NCBI GenBank assembly: GCA_015711855.1
Contig: JACVJF010000001.1
Span: 6,164-70,163 of the forward strand
Length of the DNA: 64,000 nt
Source of the DNA: Candidatus Solincola quzhuomuensis
GTDB lineage: Bacteria > Actinomycetota > Geothermincolia > Geothermincolales > RBG-13-55-18
Direction of reading: 5' to 3'
Part shown: piece by piece, positions 41,123 through 50,703 of the stretch
Position numbering within the stretch: the first letter of the stretch is position 1
Layout of the letters: each line of letters opens with the position of its first letter
Notes under the pieces: model-generated
Database searches by the model: none
Told to the model about the DNA's origin: nothing
The model's input: only the letters and a program-made list of their open reading frames with translations
Position numbers and translations under genes: made by a program

Positions 41123-42223
41123 TCAGAGGACCCCTTTCGCTTTCCTGACCGACCACCCCCTCGCGGCGAGGACGTCCTCGGCTTGCGATAAAACTCCCCG
41201 GATCTCTCCCTCAGCGCCTTCCAGTATCAGGAAATTTCCCCCGCACATATCCCCCCGCCTCCAGAGGACCTCCGGAAGCGGAAGAAAGGCCTCTCCCAAT
41301 ACCAGGCGCAGGACGGCCAAGACCGCTCGGACCTTCCTTCTTTCTCTTTCTTCGGCGGGTATGTCCCCGGAAAAGAGGGGGAGGAGATTCCCGCTTCCCA
41401 CCGGCCCCGGCCGATTATCCCGCAAGAACATCGCCTCGTCCACCAGCTCCTCGGGGTCCATGCGGTAAAGGTCCTCCCGCCGCAGCAATATCTGGCGGAC
41501 GCCGTAATCCCTCACCAACTCACCGGGCCGTGGAGGCAGTCTTTCGGCGTGGATCACAGTCACGACGCTTTTCCCCAACGCCTCCCTGAACTCCTCGGGG
41601 CTCCAGGGTAGTTCACCGCGATCCCCAAGGGAAAGAATGAGGTAGACCAGGCCCAGAGAGACCATCTGCCCGGAAATCTCTCTTAAGCGCCTCAGATCCC
41701 CCCTCCCGCCTGGCCTTTTGGCCATCAACTCCGAATCATCTATCAGTCCTTCTCCGGATAGGTCCAGGACCAGGGCGGGAACCACCTCCCGACCCGCCAG
41801 CGCTTCGGTCAGGGTTTCCGCGGCGCGACAAAGAACCTCTTCCTGCTCCTCCATTCCCAAGAGATACACGATGTCCTCGCGTTCCAGCGGTTCATTTGTG
41901 GATAGTTTTTCCATAACTGCGGCGAGCCTGGGGTGATCCGCAAACTCTGAAGCAAGTTTTCCCGAAAGCCCCTCGTCGGCCCTTGCGCCCACCTGCTCCG
42001 GGTAAAGTACCGCCTTGACCAAAACCGCATGTCCTTCCAGCAGGTCCACCGCTTTCCCGCCCTCCGAGACGGGCAAAGCTATGGCCGTGGTGCACAGCTC
42101 CCCGGCCTGCGGAGGAGCGGGCACCAGCCTTGCACGGAAACCCCTCTCCTTGAGTAGAGCCTCGGCGCGCAGCATGTGGTGGGTGGATGGAAAGACGAGG
42201 ACGGCTTCGCTTCTAAGGGCCAC
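41123..42223 (-). CDS. hypothetical protein with N-terminal DUF3343-like domain
   Basis: 'AVLVFPSTHHMLRAEALLKERGFRARLVPAPPQ' resembles DUF3343 (putative S/Se carrier); remainder unrecognised, no radical-SAM Cys triad. Confidence 0.5.
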   Translation of the reverse strand: MALRSEAVLVFPSTHHMLRAEALLKERGFRARLVPAPPQAGELCTTAIALPVSEGGKAVDLLEGHAVLVKAVLYPEQVGARADEGLSGKLASEFADHPRLAAVMEKLSTNEPLEREDIVYLLGMEEQEEVLCRAAETLTEALAGREVVPALVLDLSGEGLIDDSELMAKRPGGRGDLRRLREISGQMVSLGLVYLILSLGDRGELPWSPEEFREALGKSVVTVIHAERLPPRPGELVRDYGVRQILLRREDLYRMDPEELVDEAMFLRDNRPGPVGSGNLLPLFSGDIPAEERERRKVRAVLAVLRLVLGEAFLPLPEVLWRRGDMCGGNFLILEGAEGEIRGVLSQAEDVLAARGWSVRKAKGVL

Positions 42224-42226
42224 AAC

Positions 42227-42616
42227 TTATTCTCCCCGCAACACTTCTCCCGTCTCCAGAGTATATTTCACGTCCTCCAGATCGGGTACCCTCCCATAGG
42301 CTACCAGCTTGCCGTCCACGGCAACTGCCGGGAGCACGTAACGCAGGGAGAAGGCCACCCGGGAGGCGAAGTCCTCCTCCCCTATATCGCGCAGGTAAGC
42401 GGCGAGTTTTTTTAGCCCCTCGGCATAGCCCCGGTCGTCGCTCATTGCGTACCGGACAATCTCTGCCGAGGGAAACCTCTCTTCCACCTCGGACATCAAT
42501 ACCTCCAGCCGGGACAGCTTCTCGGCGTCCCTCAAGGATACCGGCCCGGAACAGGTACACGCCGGTGCGGGTATGAAGAATTCCACCTGGTGATCCCTTT
42601 CAGCCATACTTGCCAA
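42227..42616 (-). CDS. ArsD-like thioredoxin-fold arsenic metallochaperone (tentative)
   Basis: N-terminal 'FFIPAPACTCSG' vs ArsD 'FDPAMCCSTGVCG'; '...LPAVAVDGKLVAYGRVP' resembles ArsD C-region; 4 nt from ACR3 operon partners. Confidence 0.4.
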   Translation of the reverse strand: MASMAERDHQVEFFIPAPACTCSGPVSLRDAEKLSRLEVLMSEVEERFPSAEIVRYAMSDDRGYAEGLKKLAAYLRDIGEEDFASRVAFSLRYVLPAVAVDGKLVAYGRVPDLEDVKYTLETGEVLRGE

Positions 42617-42757
42617 CCGAGTCCTGTCTAGCCTTGGTATGCGGACTGATCAAAGGGCCGGTGCGCTCATAGTCTTTCGATTTCTTCCCGTTATTGACGC
42701 CATAAGAGCACTATTAGTCCCTTATCGAGTCGTCGAGGTTCGGCTTGCGAAACAAGC

Positions 42758-43927
42758 TCACACATCATTTGCCGAACCTCCGTTGGCGGCTACGGCGGCC
42801 GGTACTTCCTCGGGACGGAACCAGTGCTGGGTGCGTAAGCATATCTTAACCAAAAGAAGCATCACCGGCACCTCGATGAGCACCCCCACCACCGTGGCCA
42901 GGGCGGCTCCCGAGGCGATGCCGTAGAGCACGGTGGCCGTGGCGATGGCCACCTCAAAGTGGTTGGAGGCTCCGATCATGGCCGAAGGAGCTGCGTCTCG
43001 ATAATTGAGCCTTATCAGTTTGGCCAATCCGTACCCTATCCAGAATATGAGGTTGGTCTGGATGAACAAGGGTATGGCTATATAGAGGATGGACATGGGC
43101 TGGTCGATGATCAGCTGACCCTTCAGGCTGAAGAGGATGATCAAAGTCACCAGCAGGGCGATGATGGTGATGGGCGTGAGATAGTGGATGAACTTTTCCT
43201 GAAACCAATCCATGCCCTTGCGCTTCAGTATCCATTTCCTGGAAAAATATCCGGCTATCAGGGGGAGGGCCACGTATATGCCCACGGAGAGCACGATGGT
43301 CAGCCAAGGAACGGGCATGCTGTTGACGCCCAGGAGCCATCCGCCGAGGGGAGCGTAAAGGAAGAGCATGGTCAGGGAGTTGATGGCCACCATGACCAGG
43401 GTGTGGCCGTCGTTCCCCTTGGCCAGATAACCCCATACCAGAACCATAGCCGTGCAGGGGGCGATGCCCAAAAGGATGCACCCCGATATATAGGAACGGT
43501 AGAGCTCCGGCCTCAGTACCCCGTCCACCATGATACCCCCGGTGGTGGGTACATAGTGGGTACCGAGATCCGCGCCGGGAATCCATCTCTTGAAGACGAA
43601 GCCCAAAAAGAAGGTGGCGATGGCCACCATGGTGAAGGGCTTTATGCACCAGTTCACGAAGAGGGTGAGAAGCACCGGCTTGGGCGTTTTGCCCGCCTTA
43701 ATGACCTCGGCGAAGTCGATCTTGACCATGATGGGATACATCATGAAGAAGAGGCATATGGCGATAGGGATGGACACTTGGGCCACGGATATCTTGTCCA
43801 AGGCCTCTCCCATGCCCGGGAAAGCTTTGCCCAGCAGGATGCCTATACCGATGCACACCAAAACCCAGACAGTCAGATATTTCTCGAAAAAGCCCAATCT
43901 ACGCGCCACCTTAGGCTGCTCTACCAA
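42758..43927 (-). CDS. acr3: ACR3 family arsenite efflux transporter
   Basis: 10-TM protein with ACR3 hallmarks '[19 protein letters not shown]', '[12 protein letters not shown]'. Confidence 0.85.
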   Translation of the reverse strand: MVEQPKVARRLGFFEKYLTVWVLVCIGIGILLGKAFPGMGEALDKISVAQVSIPIAICLFFMMYPIMVKIDFAEVIKAGKTPKPVLLTLFVNWCIKPFTMVAIATFFLGFVFKRWIPGADLGTHYVPTTGGIMVDGVLRPELYRSYISGCILLGIAPCTAMVLVWGYLAKGNDGHTLVMVAINSLTMLFLYAPLGGWLLGVNSMPVPWLTIVLSVGIYVALPLIAGYFSRKWILKRKGMDWFQEKFIHYLTPITIIALLVTLIILFSLKGQLIIDQPMSILYIAIPLFIQTNLIFWIGYGLAKLIRLNYRDAAPSAMIGASNHFEVAIATATVLYGIASGAALATVVGVLIEVPVMLLLVKICLRTQHWFRPEEVPAAVAANGGSANDV

Positions 43928-44399
43928 TTTTCTCCTCCTTCATTTACGTCTTACGCCGGTTATCTGGAACCGTTCGCCGCGAGTGCCCGCCCGGCAGAGA
44001 CAACATGCCTCTCACTATCAGCCGCATTCCCGACATTCGCGTCGAGAGGGCCGGCCGGCATTCTCCGTTCTCTTAAAACCGCCAACATCGCTCTCTTCCC
44101 TGAGTCCCCGATGCAAACTATTCCGGGTCGTTCGCGAAACCCGGATCAAACGGAACCCTCCCCATAACGGAACCCCCTCACGCCACGTTTTTCAGATGTC
44201 TTCTCCGTGCCTAAGAATTCGAGAAAAGGCCGTTTCGACCTCTCCGCTGACGACGGAGCCGCCGAATAATGGGATGAGGTCCTTCCCCCTAACGACCGGA
44301 GGCCTTTCGGCAACGAGAAACGGGTTTGTCTAGCGAAATCAGCGCCCATAGGATCGACCTTCCTGTGAGAACAACAGGTTACCGAACCCATATAGTACT

Positions 44400-44514
44400 C
44401 CCGTCGTGCCTATTTGGGGCGGCTGATCATAATTAACTATCTATTGACCAAACTAAATTTATCGATATATTAATTATTAAAGAAAATCGATGTCGAGGTC
44501 CATAGTCCACTACC
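44400..44514. promoter_or_regulatory. AT-rich divergent promoter/operator region between acr3 operon and arsR
   Basis: 'atcgatatattaattattaaagaaaatcgat': two ATCGAT palindromes flanking AT-rich core immediately upstream of arsR ATG. Confidence 0.35.
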
Positions 44515-44889
44515 ATGGCTATGAAAGCAAGAGAGTGCAGCGCATCAGAAACACATACCTCATCGGCTTACGAAGAAGCTTGTCCCGCCAAAGGGCGACT
44601 ATTTCTTCCCGAGGTCGACGAGGAAGCATTGAGAAAAACGGCGAAGCTGCACAAGGTCCTCTCGGATGAAACGCGGCTGAAGATACTCCTTTTTCTGCGG
44701 GAGGGTGAACTCTGCGTCTGCGATATCGTCGACGCCCTGGGTAAGCCGCAATCCACCGTTTCGCACCATCTCTTCCTCTTGCAGAATTCAGGCCTCATAA
44801 AAGCCAGAAAAAAGGGGCGCTGGAACATGTATTCCCTAAGCGATACGGCGAGGGCTCTCGGCGACTACTTCCTGAAAATCGGCTTGTAA
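44515..44889 (+). CDS. arsR: ArsR/SmtB family metalloregulator
   Basis: wHTH with 'ELCVCDI' metal-binding motif; divergent from acr3 operon. Confidence 0.85.
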   Translation: MAMKARECSASETHTSSAYEEACPAKGRLFLPEVDEEALRKTAKLHKVLSDETRLKILLFLREGELCVCDIVDALGKPQSTVSHHLFLLQNSGLIKARKKGRWNMYSLSDTARALGDYFLKIGL

Positions 44890-44954
44890 AGCCTGCCGGA
44901 CCGTAAAACGTTATACGAAGCGCACTATAACATCGGACTACGAGGCCCGGCGCA

Positions 44955-45830
44955 TCAAGGCCTTGCTCTCAGCACTAGGACCGGGATCTCGCTGTGGTTG
45001 ACCACGCTCTCCGCCACTCCGCCCAGCAATTTTTCAGGCAAGCGGCGATGTCCAAGCGCTCCCAACACGATGAGCGAGGCACCGATCTCCTTCGCCACCC
45101 TCAGGATGGTCGAGACGGGACCGCCTTCCTCCAGGCGGGTTTGTACGTTGCCGCAATGTGCCCCCAGGCAAGAGGCGAGCTCGCGCAGTTTCTCCATCCC
45201 GTGCTCCGCCTTTTCCTACTCCATTAATGTCTTCATGGCGCCCACATACGCGTCCTCGTCACGCTGCACATGCAAAAGAGTTATATCCTCGCAACAGGAC
45301 GAGGCCATCTCCTCCAATAGAGGCCGGAGGCTCTCCGCGTAGGCGGAGAAGTCGGTAGCCACAAGCACCTTCTCGAAGAGGAGGTCGCATACGGCCTCGC
45401 ACTCATACCCCTCATCCTTTTCGTGGATCCTACACTTATGCACCAACACCGGGCGGTCGGCCAACCGGAGCACCTTACCGCTGACGCTCCCGGTGAGGAC
45501 CCGCTCAAAGAACCCCGCGCCGTGTCCGCCGAGGTAGATCAAGGAAACATCCTCTTCAGCCGCCACGCGGAGGATCTCCCTGGCAGGCGAGCCCGGCTCT
45601 ATCCTTCGGACAACCTCCAAGCCTTCGATGTCCGGCAGGCGGCCGATCCTTTCGAGTTCCCGGCGGGCATAGGCCTCCATCAAATCCTTGGCCATTTCGG
45701 CGTGCCTGGCATCGACGGCATAGAGCAGGATCAACTCCTTCATCCCCGCCCTAACCAGTTCGCCCACACAGCCCAGAAGCCTCTCGGTGTACGGCGAGAA
45801 ATCCACGCCTAAGAGCACCTTTTCGAACAT
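44955..45830 (-). pseudogene. tandem universal stress protein (UspA x2) interrupted by in-frame TAG
   Basis: USP domain 1 intact; domain 2 runs 'ITLLHVQRDEDAYVGAMKTLME-TAG-EKAEHGMEKLRELA...IPVLVLRARP' in one frame; TAG at ~45216-45218; SD 'AAAGGAGGGG' at start. Confidence 0.6.
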
Positions 45831-46075
45831 GACCCCTCCTTTGATACAACAAGGTTGTTCCGACGAATGCAGGTGGCGGGCTACGCATAAACAGCATCTG
45901 TTCAAAACTTCATCATCGCATCGCCGCCCTTCGTCACGGGTCCGCACCTGCGTCGCTTTCCGCTTGCCGTCTCGGCAGGAAAAGATCCTATATATCGCCC
46001 TACAGCCTTGCGATGACGGACGTTTCTTGAAACGCTCGTTTCCGGCGCGGTCTTCACTCATTCGTTTGGAGGCGA

Positions 46076-46807
46076 TCATCCCTCCTTCCGCTCCAGCAGT
46101 GCCTTATACACGTTCTTGCCCCTCACGCGGGGCATGGCCTTTTCCCGCAGGGATTTAAGAGAATCGAGGATATCGTCAAGGTATCTCGCCGGGAAACCGA
46201 GCACGCATTCCCCCTCCGTCAGATCGGTGGCCTCGCGACAACCGTAGCAGCCTATGGACATATTCAGGCGCTGCTGCACGAAGGGGGTGATGGTCACGTC
46301 CACGCATGTGGCCTGAAGAACTGCGGTGTCGAAATGCAACCTTCCCCCGGTCTTGAACACGTGGGCCAATGCGATCCACATCAGGTGCTCGGCCATGGAC
46401 TCGACCACCACCACGTCCGGCTCCTCCTCCGCCTCCCCCAAAGGGCATAAGGACACCATCTTGTACCTGCCCATCTCCAGGCGTTGCATGGTGGAGAAGG
46501 TGTGCTTCACCGCCTCCTGGTTGCCAAAAATCCCCATCGCCGTCGGCATCTCCCCACTTATGAGGCGAGGCGGTGGATCGGCGAATCCCAGGGCCCACGC
46601 GGCAGCCGGGCAGGATATGTTCTCGGGGGTCAGCAGCACGTGCCTGCCCCTCCTCGCCTCCATGAGCACCTGACAGTAGCGCCGCTTGTCCGGTAGGTCG
46701 CACCCCGACAGAGGGGCTAATTCCTCGTGGAACTTCACCGCCACCGGACTGGTGGTCATGCCCAATATCTCCTCTATCTGGGAGGCTTTAATCGAAAAGT
46801 CGGACAT
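46076..46807 (-). CDS. DUF169 family protein
   Basis: 'ISCPAAAWALGF' and 'GCYGCREATD' DUF169 hallmarks. Confidence 0.6.
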   Translation of the reverse strand: MSDFSIKASQIEEILGMTTSPVAVKFHEELAPLSGCDLPDKRRYCQVLMEARRGRHVLLTPENISCPAAAWALGFADPPPRLISGEMPTAMGIFGNQEAVKHTFSTMQRLEMGRYKMVSLCPLGEAEEEPDVVVVESMAEHLMWIALAHVFKTGGRLHFDTAVLQATCVDVTITPFVQQRLNMSIGCYGCREATDLTEGECVLGFPARYLDDILDSLKSLREKAMPRVRGKNVYKALLERKEG

Positions 46808-46950
46808 TTTCTACCTCCTGCTTTTGTGCCATCGGAAAACATAGGTCATCACGCCGGCCTCCAAAACTGCCCGGCATGCCTCTCTCAAGGTCATACCGCT
46901 CCCAGGAACGAGGCTATATCCGCATTGGGCCTTTCCCTGCGGACGTCATG

Positions 46951-47534
46951 TCACGTCTGGGCCTCGCCAGGGGTTTCGTCCGGCGCCTCGTAACCTTCTT
47001 TGAAAAAGACCCTCTCGATGACCTCACTCAAGATGACCACCACCAGGGTAGCCAAGTAACGAGCGAGCATGAACTTCCAACCCAGAAACTGCAGCTCCAT
47101 CAACTCGGCGGGGATTTTTATGCACGCCCAAGCCGAAAGGAAGATGATCATATTCTCCACCTTGGCGCCCTTCCTCAGCAGCATCGACGTCAGCGGGAAG
47201 GCCACTTAGAGCGGGCCCATGGGTATACTCCCCAGGATGAAGGAAAGGATGACCCCCTTGACCCCGGATTCCTCACCCAGAAACCGGACGATGAACTCCC
47301 TTTCCACTCATACGCTTACCAGGCCCATGAGGATAAACACCGCGGGAAGGATCACGGCCATCTCCTGAAATATTCCCAAGCAACGTGTCGGGCTTGAGCG
47401 CCTTTCTCAGGAAGCGTGATGACCATGACCAGGAAAAGGGGTGCGATGAGGAAGAGGGTGGCATAATCCCATCGTATTCGCTTCCGAAGGCTCTCCTTTT
47501 TCCCCTCGGCCCCGATGTCGTCGTTTTTCCTCAT
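46951..47534 (-). pseudogene. DUF318/ArsP-like permease half-domain, disrupted by multiple frameshifts/stops
   Basis: four short frame-shifted pieces each resembling the N-half of the intact permease at 49227..50285. Confidence 0.45.
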
Positions 47535-47977
47535 CCTACGATCACCCCCACCACCACCGCGATGGCCACGGCGGCGACGAAGCTCAAAGCGTTTCTGGCG
47601 ATGGCGAACTTCTTTCCCAGCTCCTTGATCTCCAGGGGCAGGAACACGAAACCGACCATGGTCAGGGTGGTGATGAAGGCCGCGGTGGCCATGTAGCCGG
47701 CTCCCATGTCCAGCAAGGACCTGGCCAAGGGGAAGGCGATGATGACCGGAATGAAGAGCACCGCTCCTAAAAACGAGGCGATAGCCACCCCCTGCGCGCC
47801 GCTGTTCTTTCCGATCGCCTGCGCGATTACCTTGGGCGGGACGAAACCCACTATCAGGCCCACCACCAGGATGATGGCCAGGACACTGGGCAGAAACCTT
47901 ACAAAGCCTTTATAGGCCACGCGAAGCGCAGCTGCCGTCTTCCTCTGATCCTTGACCACACTCAGCAGCAGCAGCAC
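47531..47977 (-). CDS. DUF318/ArsP-like permease, C-terminal-half homologue (148 aa)
   Basis: aligns with C-half of 49227..50285 ('GNAIASVSGALMYFATL...' vs 'GAQGVAIASFLGAVLFIP...'). Confidence 0.5.
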   Translation of the reverse strand: MLLLLSVVKDQRKTAAALRVAYKGFVRFLPSVLAIILVVGLIVGFVPPKVIAQAIGKNSGAQGVAIASFLGAVLFIPVIIAFPLARSLLDMGAGYMATAAFITTLTMVGFVFLPLEIKELGKKFAIARNALSFVAAVAIAVVVGVIVG

Positions 47978-48058
47978 GCCGGTCAGCGCAGCGCGAGAAT
48001 GACGATGGTGGTTATGTCCATGCCGCTCCCTTCTTCCTCTTCCCTTGGGGCATTCTCA

Positions 48059-48412
48059 TCACAGCGCGTCCTCCAAGAAATTGACGCAGGCGTCCTCGGG
48101 AGCGAAGAGGTTGGCGGCCACTTCCACGGCTTTGAGGGTCGCCGCAGGCACGATGCAGGAGTTGCGGCAGCAGTGCTCCGAGGCCGCGCGGTATACCGCC
48201 GTGTCCCGCATGGGCAGGGTCATCTCGCTACCGGGGTTGACCTCCTTGAGCTCCTCCGCCAGCTCCGCGATATGCTCGCAGGAGGTCTCGAACTGCAAGG
48301 ACACGATTGTCTGGCTGCTCTTCCTGGCCGTGATCACCGTCTCCTTGCCGCACTGCCCTCCTTTGACAAACACTATGGCCATGCATTCCCTCCCCCGATC
48401 CCACCCGGACAC
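48059..48412 (-). CDS. DsrE/DsrF-like sulfur-relay family protein (tentative)
   Basis: size and pattern 'AIVFVKGG...CEHIAEL...ACVNFLED' reminiscent of DsrE/YchN fold. Confidence 0.35.
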   Translation of the reverse strand: MSGWDRGRECMAIVFVKGGQCGKETVITARKSSQTIVSLQFETSCEHIAELAEELKEVNPGSEMTLPMRDTAVYRAASEHCCRNSCIVPAATLKAVEVAANLFAPEDACVNFLEDAL

Positions 48413-48593
48413 TTATGGAAACGGGCTTCATCCTGCAACCCGGGTCACCCCGCTCATGACCCATGGTGCCCGAACTCCCTTCCCCTTTGTTGCCACACGA
48501 GTTTCTATCCCCCGGGTTTCGGCGCTTGCGGCTTGCACTTCTTGCGGGTTGAGGATCGCCGCTCTTAGGCCGGCGTTTTTAAAACAACGGTCT

Positions 48594-48977
48594 TTAACCC
48601 TTCGTCGCCAAGGCCTCCTCGATGCGTCGCTTGACTTCCGCCTTGATCCTCTCCTTCTCCTCTTCGTCATAGGCGAGCACAGGGGCCTTCTTCACCCCGA
48701 AATCCTCGACCATCTCCACCCGTAGGTCGGGCTTGCGGCCGGAGTGCTCCTCCACGATCTTGGAGCAGCACATAACCGGGCAGCCCTCGATGATCACGAA
48801 TAATTCCGCACCGGCTATTTTGTTGAGGCCCGTGTCCTTGTCGATGGCCACCGCGGGCAGGCATACCAGGTGGTAATCCTCGTTCTCCTTCACCAGCTCC
48901 GTGGCCACCGCCCCTGCCAGCTGTCCGGTGTTGGCGGCTCCGTAACATGTAGCGATAACAACCTTGAGCTCGGCCAT
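48594..48977 (-). CDS. DGC-domain protein (putative Zn/Fe-binding)
   Basis: 'VVIATCYGAANTGQLAG...YHLVCLPAVAID...FVIIEGCPVMCCSKI' matches DGC domain layout; SD 'AGAAGGAGGAAA'. Confidence 0.55.
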   Translation of the reverse strand: MAELKVVIATCYGAANTGQLAGAVATELVKENEDYHLVCLPAVAIDKDTGLNKIAGAELFVIIEGCPVMCCSKIVEEHSGRKPDLRVEMVEDFGVKKAPVLAYDEEEKERIKAEVKRRIEEALATKG

Positions 48978-49226
48978 TTTCCTCCTTCTGTTCCTTCGAT
49001 GCACGCATACAGCTGCTTTGCCTGCCTTCAAGCCGGTTCCAGAGCCATCCTTCGCCGTTTGCGTTTCGGCTCATAGGTATTACGGCACATCATCCGAACC
49101 GGATCGTACCCGCTGGGACCGCAAACGCTTGCGTACGATGACTCCGAGAAATACTGGCGCTGCCTTCCGCGATTTGTGGATACTTATGTCTTACGCCACA
49201 AACACTTTCTCCTCCGCTCAGCGTCA

Positions 49227-50285
49227 TCAAGCGAACATCCCGAACACGAACCCGGTGCCCATGGCGAAGAGACACACCAGGGCGATGTAGGTCAAGGCTT
49301 TCTTAGGGCCTAAAATCCTGATAAGCACTATCATGCTGGGCAGGGATAGCGCCGGACCGGCCAGCATGAGGGCCAGTGCCGGCCCCTTGCCCATTCCCAA
49401 GTCCAACAAACCGCGCACTATGGGCACCTCGGTGAGGGTGGCGAAATACATGAGGGCGCCGGAGACGGAGGCGATGGCGTTTCCCCCTATGGTGTTGCCT
49501 CCCACGTACCTGGAGATCACCTCGGGCGGGATTAGCTCCTTTATCACGCCGACCAAGAAGACCCCTAAAAGCAGCACAGGGAGGATCATCTTCACCATGC
49601 GCCAGGTCTCAAGGAACCAGGTCTTTATCTCCTCCCTGGTGAACCACCTCTTCACCAGGTAGATGAGTAAAGCCACGAGCAGCACTTCCCCTCCGTACTT
49701 GTAGATGTTGGCCATCTTGGCCGTGCCGTAGACCAGGATGGCGATGAGCACCCCGAAGTAGGCCAGGTTCTGGCGGCCTGGTCGTACCCGACTCCCGTCG
49801 TCGTAGGCGAAAACTCCGGCGGCCTCCGCCTCGAGCATCCGTTGCTCCTCTTCCTTGTGAAAGATGCCGGCCATGATCAGGCCGATGACGAAGGCGAATC
49901 CCACCGCTCCGATGATGCGGGCCACCCCCAGGTCGTACCCCAAGAGGTGGATGGAATAGGTCATGGCCAGGATGTTTATGGCCGGCGAGGAATAGAGGAA
50001 GGCCACCGCCGGCCCCAGCCCGGCCCCCTTCTCCCTTATCCCCGTGAAGAGGGGAAGCACGGTGCAGGAGCACACGGCCAGAATCGCCCCGGAAACCGAG
50101 GCCACGGAATATGCCAGGACCTTGTTGGTACGCGGACCGAAATACTTCATCACCGCCGCCGTGTTCAGGAAGGCGGCTATGGCCCCGGCGATGAAAAAGG
50201 CGGGGACCAAACAGAAGAGAGTATGCTGGGCCACGTATTCGTAGAGGGTCTTGAGGCCCTCCAACATCAACCCGCCGAAAGTCAT
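49227..50285 (-). CDS. arsP: DUF318 permease, ArsP-like (organoarsenical efflux permease family)
   Basis: two homologous 4-TM halves, 'AVCSCTVLP' resembling ArsP 'TPFCSCS' motif. Confidence 0.65.
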   Translation of the reverse strand: MTFGGLMLEGLKTLYEYVAQHTLFCLVPAFFIAGAIAAFLNTAAVMKYFGPRTNKVLAYSVASVSGAILAVCSCTVLPLFTGIREKGAGLGPAVAFLYSSPAINILAMTYSIHLLGYDLGVARIIGAVGFAFVIGLIMAGIFHKEEEQRMLEAEAAGVFAYDDGSRVRPGRQNLAYFGVLIAILVYGTAKMANIYKYGGEVLLVALLIYLVKRWFTREEIKTWFLETWRMVKMILPVLLLGVFLVGVIKELIPPEVISRYVGGNTIGGNAIASVSGALMYFATLTEVPIVRGLLDLGMGKGPALALMLAGPALSLPSMIVLIRILGPKKALTYIALVCLFAMGTGFVFGMFA

Positions 50286-50322
50286 GGGTTATCGCTTCCT
50301 TTCCTGGAATTGTTAAAAGCTC

Positions 50323-50565
50323 TCAAGACTCGAACCAGCTCCTTATCTCTTTCTTCGAAGGAACCTTCCCCTTGGAGACCACCTTTCCGTCGATCACCAC
50401 CCCCGGGGTGACGAGGACGTTGTACTTCATAATCTCCGACATGTCGGTCACTTCCTCCACCTCGGCCTCCAGGCCAAGCTCGGAAACCACCTCCTTGATG
50501 GCCTCCTTGGTGGCGATGCACTTCTTGCATCCGGGTCCCAGTACCTTGATCTCCATCTGACTCAC
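50323..50565 (-). CDS. thioredoxin-fold redox-active disulfide protein
   Basis: 'KVLGPGCKKCIAT' CxxC, 80 aa; typical partner of DUF318 permeases. Confidence 0.75.
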   Translation of the reverse strand: MSQMEIKVLGPGCKKCIATKEAIKEVVSELGLEAEVEEVTDMSEIMKYNVLVTPGVVIDGKVVSKGKVPSKKEIRSWFES

Positions 50566-50703
50566 CTCCGTTCAACTATATTCCTTTCCCCGTCATCGAA
50601 GGTCTTTCGTTCCGCCTGTAATGGGCGCACGACCGATATACACTTCCCCCGCGACATCCAGGGCTTCCAAGCCGACCGAACACGTTCCGTGCGACCCAAC
50701 GAC

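Noticed and set aside
42758-43927. Possibility that both transporters are ACR3
   Set aside because: Only 42758..43927 has ACR3 hallmarks. 49227..50285 instead shows the two-fold DUF318 architecture with the 'CSC' motif of ArsP-type permeases.
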